From: Nemertoderma westbladi
Taxonomy: Eukaryota; Animalia; Xenacoelomorpha
Direction of reading: 5' to 3'
Assembly (NCBI GenBank): GCA_032718475.1
Contig: JAUCBJ010007248.1
Coordinates: forward strand, 1 to 64,000
DNA length: 64,000 bases
Below, piece after piece: positions 38,666 to 50,393 of this stretch. The position numbers and the translations under genes are program-made. The notes beneath the pieces are model-generated. The model saw only the letters and a program-made list of their open reading frames with translations. It searched no databases and was not told the origin of the DNA. Each line of letters starts with the position of its first letter. Positions within the stretch are counted from its first letter, which is position 1.

Positions 38666-41600
38666 ACACGATCGCTATTGATGGGACTGCTGGAACACGA
38701 TCGCTATTGATGGGACTGCTGGAACACGATCGCTATTGATGGGACTGCTGGAACACGATCGCTATTGATGGGACTGCTAGAACACGATCGCTATGGATGG
38801 GACTGCTGGAACACGATCGCTATTGATGGGACTGCTAGAACACGTTCGCTATTGATGGGACTGGTGGAACACGATCGCTATTGATGGGACTGCTGGAACA
38901 CGATCGCTATTGATGGGACTGCTAGAACACGATCGCTATTGATGGGACTGCTAGAACACGTTCGCTATTGATGGGACTGCTAGAACACGATCGCTATTGA
39001 TGGGACTGCTAGAACACGTTCGCTATTGATGGGACTGCTAGAACACGTTCGCTATTGATGGGACTGCTAGAACACGATCGCTATTGATGGGACTGCTAGA
39101 ACACGATCGCTATTTATGGGACTGCTAGAACACGTTCGCTATTGATGGGACTGCTAGAACACGATCGCTATTGATGGGACTGCTAGAACACGTTCGCTAT
39201 TGATGGGACTGCTAGAACACGATCGCTATCGATTGGACTGCTAGAACACGTTCGCTATTGATGGGACTGCTAGAACACGATCGCTATTGATGGGACTGCT
39301 AGAACACGTTCGCTATTGATGGGACTACTAGAACACGATCGCTATTGATGGGACTGCTAGAACACGATCGCTATTGATGGGACTGCTAGAACACGTTCGC
39401 TATTGATGGGACTGCTAGAACACGATCGCTATTGATGGGACTGCTAGAACACGATCGCTATTGATGGGACTGCTAGAACACGTTCGCTATTGATGGGACT
39501 GCTAGAACACGATCGCTATTGATGGGACTGCTAGAACACGTTCGCTATTGATGGGACTGCTAGAACACGATCGCTATTGATGGGACTGCTAGAACACGTT
39601 CGCTATTGATGGGACTGCTAGAACACGATCGCTATTGATGGGACTGCTAGAACACGTTCGCTATTGATGGGACTGCTAGAACACGATCGCTATTGATGGG
39701 ACTGCTAGAACACGTTCGCTATTGATGGGACTGCTAGAACACGATCGCTATTGATGGGACTGCTAGAACACGTTCGCTATTGATGGGACTGCTAGAACAC
39801 GATCGCTATTGATGGGACTGCTAGAACACGATCGCTATTGATGGGACTGCTAGAACACGTTCGCTATTGATGGGACTGCTAGAACACGATCGCTATTGAT
39901 GGGACTGCTAGAACACGATCGCTATTGATGGGACTGCTAGAACACGTTCGCTATTGATGGGACTGCTAGAACACGATCGCTATTGATGGGACTGCTAGAA
40001 CACGTTCGCTATTGATGGGACTGCTAGAACACGATCGCTATTGATGGGACTGCTAGAACACGTTCGCTATTGATGGGACTGCTAGAATACGTTCGCTATT
40101 GATGGGACTGCTGGAACACGATCGCTATTGATGGGACTGCTAGAACACGATCGCTATTGATGGGACTGCTAGAACACGTTCGCTATTGATGGGACTGCTA
40201 GAACACGATCGCTATTGATGGGACTGCTAGAACACGTTCACTATTGATGGGACTGCTGGAACACGATCGCTATTGATGGGACTGCTGGAACACGATCGCT
40301 ATTGATGGGACTGCTAGAACACGATCGCTATTGATGGGACTGCTAGAACACGATCGCTATTGATGGGACTGCTGGAACACGATCGCTATTGATGGGACTG
40401 CTAGAACACGATCGCTATTGATGGGACTGCTAGAACACGTTCGCTATTGATGGGACTGCTAGAACACGTTCGCTATTGATGGGACTGCTAGAATACGTTC
40501 GCTATTGATGGGACTGCTGGAACACGATCGCTATTGATGGGACTGCTAGAACACGATCGCTATTGATGGGACTGCTAGAACACGTTCGCTATTGATGGGA
40601 CTGCTAGAACACGATCGCTATTGATGGGACTGCTAGAACACGTTCGCTATTGATGGGACTGCTGGAACACGATCGCTATTGATGGGACTGCTGGAACACG
40701 ATCGCTATTGATGGGACTGCTAGAACACGATCGCTATTGATGGGACTGCTAGAACACGATCGCTATTGATGGGACTGCTAGAACACGATCGCTATTGATG
40801 GGACTGCTAGAACACGTTTGCTATTGATGGGACTGCTAGTACACGATCGCTATTGATGGGACTGCTAGAACACGATCGCTATTGATGGGACTGCTAGAAC
40901 ACGTTCGCTATTGATGTGACTGCTAGAACACGATCGCTATTGATGGGACTGCTGGAACACGATCGCTAATGATGGGACTGCTAGAACACGATCGCTATTG
41001 ATGGGACTGGTGGAACACGATCGCTATTGATGGGACTGCTGGAACACGATCGCTATTGATGGGACTGCTGGAACACGATCGCTATTGATGGGACTGCTAG
41101 AACACGTTCGCTATTGATGGGACTGCTAGAACACGTTCGCTATTGATGTGACTGCTAGAACACGTTCGCTATTGATGGGACTGCTGGAACACGATCGCTA
41201 TTGATGGGACTGCTGGAACACGATCGCTATTGATGGGACTGCTAGAACACGATCGCTATTGATGGGACTGCTAGAACACGTTCGCTATTGATGGGACTGC
41301 TGGAACACGATCGCTATTGATGGGACTGCTGGAACACGATCGCTATTGATGGGACTGCTAGAACACGATCGCTATTGATGGGACTGCTAGCACACGATCG
41401 CTATTGATGGGACTGCTAGAACACGATCGCTATTGATGGGACTGCTAGAACACGTTCGCTATTGATGGGACTGCTAGAACACGATCGCTATTGATGGGAC
41501 TGCTGGAACACGATCGCTATTGATGGGACTGCTGGAACACGATCGCTATTGATGGGACTGCTAGAACACGTTCGCTATTGATGGGACTGCTAGAACACGA

Positions 41601-43015
41601 TCGCTATTGATGGGACTGGTGGAACACGATCGCTATTGATGGGAGTGCTGGAACACGATCGCTATTGATGGGACTGCTGGAACACGATCGCTATTGATGG
41701 GACTGCTAGAACACGTTCTCTATTGATGGGACTGCTGGAACACGATCGCTATTGATGGGACTGCTAGAACACGATCGCTATTGATGGGACTGCTAGAACA
41801 CGATCGCTATTGATGGGACTGGTGGAACACGATCGCTATTGATGGGACTGCTGGAACACGATCGCTATTGATGGGACTGCTGGAACACGATCGCTATTGA
41901 TGGGACTGCTAGAACACGATCGCTATTGATGGGACTGCTAGAACACGATCGTTATTGATGGGACTGGTGGAACACGATCGCTATTGATGGGACTGCTGGA
42001 ACACGATCGCTATTGATGGGACTGCTGGAACACGATCGCTATTGATGGGACTGCTAGAACACGTTCGCTATGGATGGGACTGCTGGAACACGATCGCTAT
42101 TGATGGGACTGCTGGAACACGATCGCTATTGATGGGACTGCTGGAACACGATCGCTATTGATGGGACTGATAGAACACGTTCGCTATGGATGGGACTGCT
42201 AGAACACGATCGCTATTGATGGGACTGCTAGAACACGATCGCTATTGATGGGACTGCTAGAACACGTTCGCTATTGATGGGACTGCTAGAACACGTTCGC
42301 TATTGATTGGACTGCTGGAGCACGATCGCTATTGATGGGACTGCTGGAACACGATCGCTATTGATGGGACTGCTAGAACACGATCGCTATTGATGGGACT
42401 GCTAGAACACGTTCGCTATTGATGGGACTGCTAGAACACGTTCGCTATTGATGGGACTGCTGGAGCACGATCGCTATTGATGGGACTGCTAGAACACGTT
42501 CGCTATTGATGGGACTGCTGGAACACGATCGCTATTGATGGGACTGCTAGAACACGTTCGCTATTGATGGGACTGCTGGAGCACGATCGCTATTGATGGG
42601 ACTGCTGGAACACGATCGCTATTGATGGGACTGCTAGAACACGATCGCTATTGATGGGACTGCTGGAGCACGATCGCTATTGATGGGACTGCTAGAACAC
42701 GTTCGCTATTGATGGGACCCCTGGAGCACGATCGCTATTGATGGGACTGCTGGAACACGATCGCTATTGATGGGACTGCTAGAACACGATCGCTATTGAT
42801 GGGACTGCTAGAACACGTTCGCTATTGATGGGACTGCTGGAACACGATCGCTATTGATGGGACTGCTAGAACACGTTCGCTATTGATGGGACTGCTAGAA
42901 CACGTTCGCTATTGATGGGACTGCTGGAGCACGATCGCTATTGATGGGACTGCTAGAACACGTTCGCTATTGATGGGACTGCTGGAACACGTTTGCTATT
43001 GATGGGACTGCTGGA
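38666..43015. repeat. 29-bp minisatellite (ACACGWTCGCTATTGATGGGACTGCTRGA)n, roughly 150 copies
   Basis: Head-to-tail units with no spacers; two main variable positions (GATC/GTTC, TAG/TGG). Confidence 0.98.
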
Positions 43016-43959
43016 CATTGGATCAAAAACTCATGACATACTGTAATGAGAACACTGATCGATTATGTAAACGCTACCATCGTTTTAGCAGTCTTTTAGG
43101 TACTTCAGCATTTTTTGATACAAATGATTTTGTTCCTATTTTAATATTGATCAGATTGTTTGAATAAGGGGGGTAAAATTCGGCAACTGATGTCATTGTC
43201 AAGGCTGATGAGTTATCTAGCATAGCGGATACACTGGTTTCTATTTGCCGCTGAATTGCATTATATTTCGGCTAGAAGTTTGGCTTCCTCCAATAATAGA
43301 CGAGATTTAGCTTTACCTGACAGCCTGAGGAATATCTACCGTTGAATCAGTTCAACCCCAACTAGAATTTGATTGGTTGTCTTATTATAAAATGAATTCT
43401 TCCCTATAATTCCATCGGTTTCCAGAAAATTAATTTTTATTTTAGAGTTCGTCTTTCAACTTTTTATTCAAAGTTTACAGTTATGTAGGTATAAACGGAG
43501 GTTGGTTATTTTTTTGTTACTCGCCTATCATATTTTTCAAGGCAAATGTTTGCTATAAATGTAAAGTAATGTTACTATTCATTAACTCTTCTTCAAAATA
43601 TCCAAAAACGTAAACCGTTGTGCAATTTATGCGCTGAAAGTTACAATTGAAGTTTTATCATAAATATTGGATGTAATATTTAAAAACTTAAACACAAAAC
43701 TTAAAAACAAATTTTTTGTTATTTATAGTTAGTTGAATCGGCAACTAATTAGTCTGAGGTTTGTTTAATAGATCAGCTCACAATTAATATAAAATGTAAT
43801 TTTTCCTTAATCTAATATCTGTTATATAATAATTATTTGGGTTGGGATCTATTTTGTCCTGCGATTTCGAATAAATTTATTAAAACTACTGCTACTAACT
43901 GTACTTGGTCGAACGAGTTCGGACAGTGGAAATTAGATCCTTCCGGGCTTCCCGATTTT

Positions 43960-45610
43960 CCATATAAAGTTGTCCCAATTTCGTTTCTCGCATGTCCAGT
44001 ATCACTCTCAAGTTGGTCTATAGAGGTTATATAGCCGGTTTGTTCACAGCTTGATTCTCTTGCTTTTCTATAGGGTTTGCTGACTCTCAAACTGACTCGG
44101 ACTTCTGCAGTCATAATTCTGTGGTCTGTGCAAATCAATACCTATTTGCTCCAAGAGTAAGCGGCTATTTCGTTTATAATTGGTGTTATACTATAACACC
44201 AATTATAAAAGAAATAGCCGGTGTAACCCTTGATCTTCTGCGGGCAACCAGCAATGACTTTGACATTGTGTTTTGGAATGACCTTTATAAATCCAGTTAG
44301 ATCTTCTTAAAACTTGACAGCTAGATCTGGCTCTGAACCATTGGTTGGTTTCTAGCAACTTAATACTCTTTGTTGTCTTGGGATTACAATCAAACGTTCT
44401 TGCAATGCCCTGGAGTTATAGAATTCCTACTCCACCAATGCCCTGGAGTTATAGAATTCCTACTCCACCAATAATGCCCTGGAGTTATAGAATTCCTACT
44501 CTACCAATAATGCCCTGGAGTTATAGAATTCCTACTCCACCAATGCCCTGGAGTTATAGAATTCCTACTCCACCAATGCCCTGGAGTTATAGAATTCCTA
44601 CTCCACCAATACCCTGGAGTTATAGAATTCCTACTCCACCAATGCCCTGGAGTTATAGAATTCCTACTCCACCAATGCCCTGGAGTTATAGAATTCCTAC
44701 TCCACCAATGCCCTGGAGTTATAGAATTCCTACTCCACCAATGCCCTGGAGTTATAGAATTCCTACTCCACCAATGCCCTGGAGTTATAGAATTCCTACT
44801 CCACCAATGCCCTGGAGTTATAGAATTCCTACTCCACCAATGCCCTGGAGTTATAGAATTCCTACTCCACCAATACCCTGGAGTTATAGAATTCCTACTC
44901 CACCAATGCCCTGGAGTTATAGAATTCCTACTCCACCAATGCCCTGGAGTTATAGAATTCCTACTCCACCAATGCCCTGGAGTTATAGAATTCCTACTCC
45001 ACCAATACCCTGGAGTTATAGAATTCCTACTCCACCAATGCCCTGGAGTTATAGAATTCCTACTCCACCAATAATGCCCTGGAGTTATAGAATTCCTACT
45101 CCACCAATACCCTGGAGTTATAGAATTCCTACTCCACCAATGCCCTGGAGTTATAGAATTCCTACTCCACCAATGCCCTGGAGTTATAGAATTCCTACTC
45201 CACCAATGCCCTGGAGTTATAGAATTCCTACTCCACCAATGCCCTGGAGTTATAGAATTCCTACTCCACCAATGCACTGGAGTTATAGAATTCCTACTCC
45301 ACCAATAATGCCCTGGAGTTATAGAATTCCTACTCCACCAATAATGCCCTGGAGTTATAGAATTCCTACTCCACCAATAATGCCCTGGAGTTATAGAATT
45401 CCTACTCCACCAATGCCCCAAAGTCCACCAATTTCCAATGTAATTATTATAATTGATGTTGATGGTAGTGATGTCTTCTTGACATATCCGATGTTCTTAG
45501 ATACAGATGACTTTGATGTTATATTCCATTGCCATAGAGCGACCATGACACCCCTAGAAAGTGTTTGTGAATTCATTGCAGTAATCTTTAGTGTCTTTTT
45601 ACATTTCAAC
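43960..45610 (-). pseudogene. Decayed AP-endonuclease domain of an RTE-like LINE
   Basis: Minus-strand motifs in the expected order: LKITAMNSQTL, IKVICI*EHRI, GIGGVGIL, FDCNPKTT, IPKHNVKVIAG, TDHRIMTAEVRVSLR; frameshifts and deletions between them. Confidence 0.75.
44402..45418. repeat. 33-bp minisatellite (ATGCCCTGGAGTTATAGAATTCCTACTCCACCA)n, ~30 copies, some 36-bp variants
   Basis: Visible tandem unit; sits at the GIGGVGIL motif of the endonuclease relic. Confidence 0.97.
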
Positions 45611-45751
45611 AGGTACCGACAGACTCTTTACTTCTCTATCTTCTATATTTTCCTGCTAAGTTTTCATTATAAACTTTAGTATTTATTTCGTTTGTTGGTT
45701 ACTGTGGTTACATTTTATGGGAATAGTCATTAATAATTAACCATTGATTAA

Positions 45752-47310
45752 CCCTATTAGTACCGGGCTATAAAATGTACAAATACCAGGGGGGGGGGGG
45801 GGGGGTCATATTAAACCCCACCCCACCCCCTCTAAAATCTACAAATTTTAACGAAAACGTCTGATTTTTTGTTTGTTCGTAGATCTCACTAGTCTGAATC
45901 CAACCAAAAAATAAAATTTCAAAAAAAAGTACTGGGGTGGTTATTTTGCAGCACCAAAATTACAAGTAGTGAACAATTTGCATAAAATTTGAAAGATCCA
46001 ATTTTCGGCCCATTGTGTTTCAATACAGGTTTTCTATTGCTTAAAATCCATTGGAAAATATTTAAAAATAATCTGATTAGTATAAATGGCTGTTTTAGTC
46101 CTTTCTGCGTAGGAAAAAAATGAAAAAAACAAGTAACCAGCACTTTTCAGTTAGAACACAAATTTTTTAATTAACTTATACGATGGTATAAATTCATATT
46201 TTTAGGTTTTCTGGGGCGCTGATTCTAATGGAATAGATTTCTAATTTGCCAGATCATTGCTAATCGTACTTTCCGGCGTAATATGGCAAATTTTCGTGCT
46301 AGCACCAAATTTCGCACCCATCACCAAAAAGTACAAGTTTCAGATGTCCGGTGCTGTTTTTGTTAATTCCATCGGATTCAGGACCCCCATAAACCCGTAT
46401 AACGCAATAAACAAGATGATGCTATCTATTGATCAATTTGCTTATTTTCAAAAATTTGGTGCTGGCACAACAATTTTCACCCACCGGCGATAAATACTAG
46501 TTTGAAAACTCATACGCAATTTTTAATTTTAATTTAAATTCAGAACCCTCACAAAGCCGTATAACCCAAGAAATAAGGTGACACAATCAATTGATATATT
46601 TGATGGTTTCAAAATTTGGTGCAAGCACCAAATTTTGCACCCACTTCCGAAAAATAGAAGTTTGAGATGTCTAGTTCGATAATTATAATATTCCGTTGAA
46701 TTCAGAACCGCCATAAACCTCTAAAACGCCAGAAATAAGTTGTCTCAAGCAATTTAACTATTGAAAGGATTTTCAAAATTTCGTGCTGGCACCAAATTTT
46801 GCACACAGCGACGAAAAATACAAGTTTGATACGTCTGGTGGAATTCGTATATATACCATCGAAACCAGAACCCCAAAAACCCTTATAGGGGAAAAAAACA
46901 GGTTCAAACAATCAATTTACAAAATTGAGATATTTCGAAATTTTGTGCTGGCACTAAAATTGGCACCAGCTGAATAAAACAAGTTTGAAATTTCTAAATT
47001 TATTTTTATTAGTTACAGCTAATTGTAAACACCAAAAAACTGGTGTAAATCAAAAATAAAGATGTTACAAATCATATTTAATGAAATGTAATTTTCAAAA
47101 TCATCTAAAAAAAGTGCCAAAAGTATGGTGAAAAAATGGTGCCATAACTAGAAAACTTCCAAATTTTTTTGAAAACCGTTTTCACTATTAGGAGGACAAT
47201 AGATTTTTAGGAAAAGTCATAAAATTTCAGATTCCCCACTGCGTTTGTTTCAGAGTTATAACAAATAAAGGGTGGGGGTCATATATTTACGCCTCTCGGG
47301 TTTAATAGGG
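45752..47310. mobile_element. piggyBac-like non-autonomous element
   Basis: TTAA-CCCTATTAGTACCGGG ... CGGGTTTAATAGGG-TTAA; internal degenerate tandem repeats; related to 23210-24117. Confidence 0.88.
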
Positions 47311-48189
47311 TTAAGTGGCCATCGATTAAGTGGCCATCTTATTCCCTTTCAGCATCCGATTAACTCATTAAAACTAAAAATACGGGATTTTAATTCCCAT
47401 GAAAATAATCTGCCTGGCATATGATAGATATTATTATGCCGTTTACGGTTCTGCTTCTATGGCTCTATGAAAAGAAAAATAAATGTTAAGCAACATTAAC
47501 TAATGAAAAAATATCTTTGGTAAACACTTATAGAACAATAATTGCTGATCGAAACATCGGAGTACGCTGCAGAAACAAACGATTATTGTTTATAAAAAAG
47601 TACACCAGTTTCTTCAGAAATAAATGCGCTCCAAAGCCAATTCAAGGTCTTTTCAAATATTTTACGGACATTATTGCTAAATAGAAAATCTGTATATAAA
47701 AATGGCTCCTTCTTTCAGATGCTGGCCATCTTTTTTTCTGTGGTGTTAATGGGGTAGCAGGTGTTTTGTTCAAAATGTTATTACCACGGGGTTGGGATTT
47801 GGAACTGCTTCACTGCTGTCAATATAATTAGAATTTACAATAGGTAGATATAGGAAGTTACATCCTGTGCTTGAGAGAGCCCTCTTCCACTGTCGTTTAA
47901 CTAATTATTCCACGTCGTTAGCATTGCTAATGATGCCGTTATTAGACGTTTAGTAGAACTGCTTAGCCTTTATGCTTTTATACAATATTAGCTCGTATTA
48001 CACAAATAGGGCCTTCCCACAAAGATAAAACTGCCTGTACGAAAGTGGATGCTATGATTTTAATACAAATTGAGAACAACTTATACTTATACTTTTTTCT
48101 ATAATAATAAATCGCAATAAATAATTTTTATTAAATTTTTTAAGCAATTTTTTTCTTGGTTACAATCTAGCAAGGCAATCCAAACATTG

Positions 48190-48400
48190 TTCAGATACAT
48201 AGCTTACTACTTGTTCGGATACATAGCTTACTACTTGTTTGGACACAATTTGCCCCTAGTTTGGACACAATTTGCCCCTACTTTGGACACAATTTGCCCC
48301 TAGTTTGGACACAATTTGCTCCTTGTTTTGGACACAATTTGCTCCTTGTTTGGAGACAATTTGCTCCTTGTTTGGAGACAATTTGCTCCTTGTTTGGACA
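48190..48400. repeat. Short ~21-bp tandem repeat (TTTGGACACAATTTGCYCC)
   Basis: About ten graded copies visible. Confidence 0.85.
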
Positions 48401-48902
48401 CACTGCTTTAACTGGTGCAGCCAAGTACAACCCATGAATTTATCCTTCATGGCGCCATTCGCAAAAATGAACCTAAGTAACTAGGGAAACAGAATGCAAT
48501 GAAGATGTTTACTGCCAGTTTTCTTCAAATATAAATATATGGTGATCTGGTAACTCTTATTAGGAAATGTGATCGTAATTTTTTCTACCACGTTGACTCA
48601 TTCGTCGTGCTTGCAGAGTGGTGACTGTGTTTTGGCAATAATATAAAACCGTGGTTGATCTGTAATGATTATCTTGTACATTATGTTATGCCATTGAACC
48701 CTGCATAGCATTCTAGTATTCTGCATTCTTTTAAGTATAGGAAAAGTGATGAGATTCAAAGTTATGTTGTCAAAACTATATATCTCATTGTGTATAACGT
48801 AGTATTTGTATCTCAAACAAGTCCCAGCTGTAAATATTTACATGAACGAGCGAAGCGAGTGAAATATTGAAACGAAGGATGGAAGTGATATACAGGGATT
48901 AA

Positions 48903-50320
48903 CCCTATTACCACTGGGGGGGGGGGGGGCGAATCGGCCCCTTCCTAGTTTTTAGTTGCTGTAACTATGCAACCACATTACGTAGCGGCCCAATTTTTTG
49001 TGAGAATTAGCCAAATTTAATGCTGCATCTTTTGCAAAAAACGCCGTTGCAATTGGATTTCTACTTTTCGATTTGGGTACCACCTCAAAATTTGGTCTCC
49101 AGCACCAAAATTTTTGAAATTTTCGAATTTTACAAAATCATTCGTGATTTAGTAATTATTTATGTTTGGGCTATTTTTATTTATTTTTATTGGTTTGGAT
49201 CACTCTAATGCTCTATACAAGCATGTAAGTGTAGTGGTACGTCATTTTTGGAGCACCAAATTTAGGGCGTGGCACTTTAAAATTTCAAAATTATTTTATT
49301 CGGAAAATTTACTAAAGTTCTGATTTCGAAGCATTTTTATAGGTTTTCTGGAGCGCTGAATCGATTGAAAGTAATATAGAAGCCTGAAGACTTAGTGGTT
49401 CGCCATTTTTGGTGCACCAAAATTAGGGCGTGGCACTTCAAATTTTGAAAAATACGAGATTCGGAAAATTCACTAAAGTTTTGATTTCAAATTAATTTTA
49501 TAGGTTTTCTGGAGCGCTGAATCGATTGAAAGTAATATAGAAGCCTCAAATCCTTTGTGTACGTAATTTTCGGTGCACCAAAATTAGGGCGTGGCACTTC
49601 AAATTTTCAAAATTACTTTATTCGGAAAAAACACTAAAGTTTTGATTTCAAAAAATGGCTAACTTCTAAGTCTTCAGGCTTCTATATTACTTTCAATCGA
49701 TTCAGAGCTCCAGAAAACCTATAAAAATGCTTTGCAAATCAAAACTTTAGTGTATTTTCCGAATCTCATATTTTTCAAAATTTGAAGTGCCACGCCCTAT
49801 TTTTGGTGCACCAAAAATGGCGAACCACTCAGTGTTCAGGCTTCTATATTACTTTCAATCGATTCAGCGGCCCAGAAAACCCATAAAGATGCGTTGAAAT
49901 AAAAAAATTAGGGGCATTTTCTGAATATCTAATTTTTCAAAATTTGAAGTGCCACGCCCACTTCTTAGGTGCACGAAAAATAGCATCCACTTCAATTTTT
50001 GGAAGTGGAATATAATCACATTCGATTCAGCGTCTTGAAAAACCTACTAAATCTAGCCAACACTGCCACACTATAAGTTTTTAGAAAACGAAAAATTTTG
50101 TAATTTTGTCCTGGGACTACTTTTATTTTTCATCAAAATTATGAGTCCCTGCTTATGAAATTTTAACTTTTTAAGGTTTGGTAGTGTTCATCTATAGTTG
50201 TTTCACCAACAGCCCAAATTTTGTAGGATTTCATTGGACGACGACAAAAATATAGTGGGTGGGCCGTATCGGCCCCCCCCCAGTGGTGCTAATGGTCAAA
50301 ACACCCCAGTGGTAATAGGG
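48903..50320. mobile_element. piggyBac-like non-autonomous element with internal direct and inverted ~170-bp repeats
   Basis: TTAA-CCCTATTACCACTGGGG ... CCCCAGTGGTAATAGGG-TTAA; GCACCAAAATTAGGGCGTGGCACTT three times direct, then inverted. Confidence 0.9.
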
Positions 50321-50393
50321 TTAAGGTAAATTAGCTGCAATAATAAATATGTTAATACGTAGTAACTCAATAATTCATTTAATCACAATTTAA

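Noticed and set aside
38666-43015. 29-bp repeat as a CRISPR array
   Set aside because: Units are contiguous with no unique spacers, no cas genes, eukaryotic context.
44345-45679. 444-aa proline-rich repeat ORF as a real secreted or neuropeptide precursor gene
   Set aside because: Non-ATG start, no synonymous variation between units, no dibasic cleavage sites, and the unit derives from an antisense LINE endonuclease relic; kept only as a satellite-origin finding.
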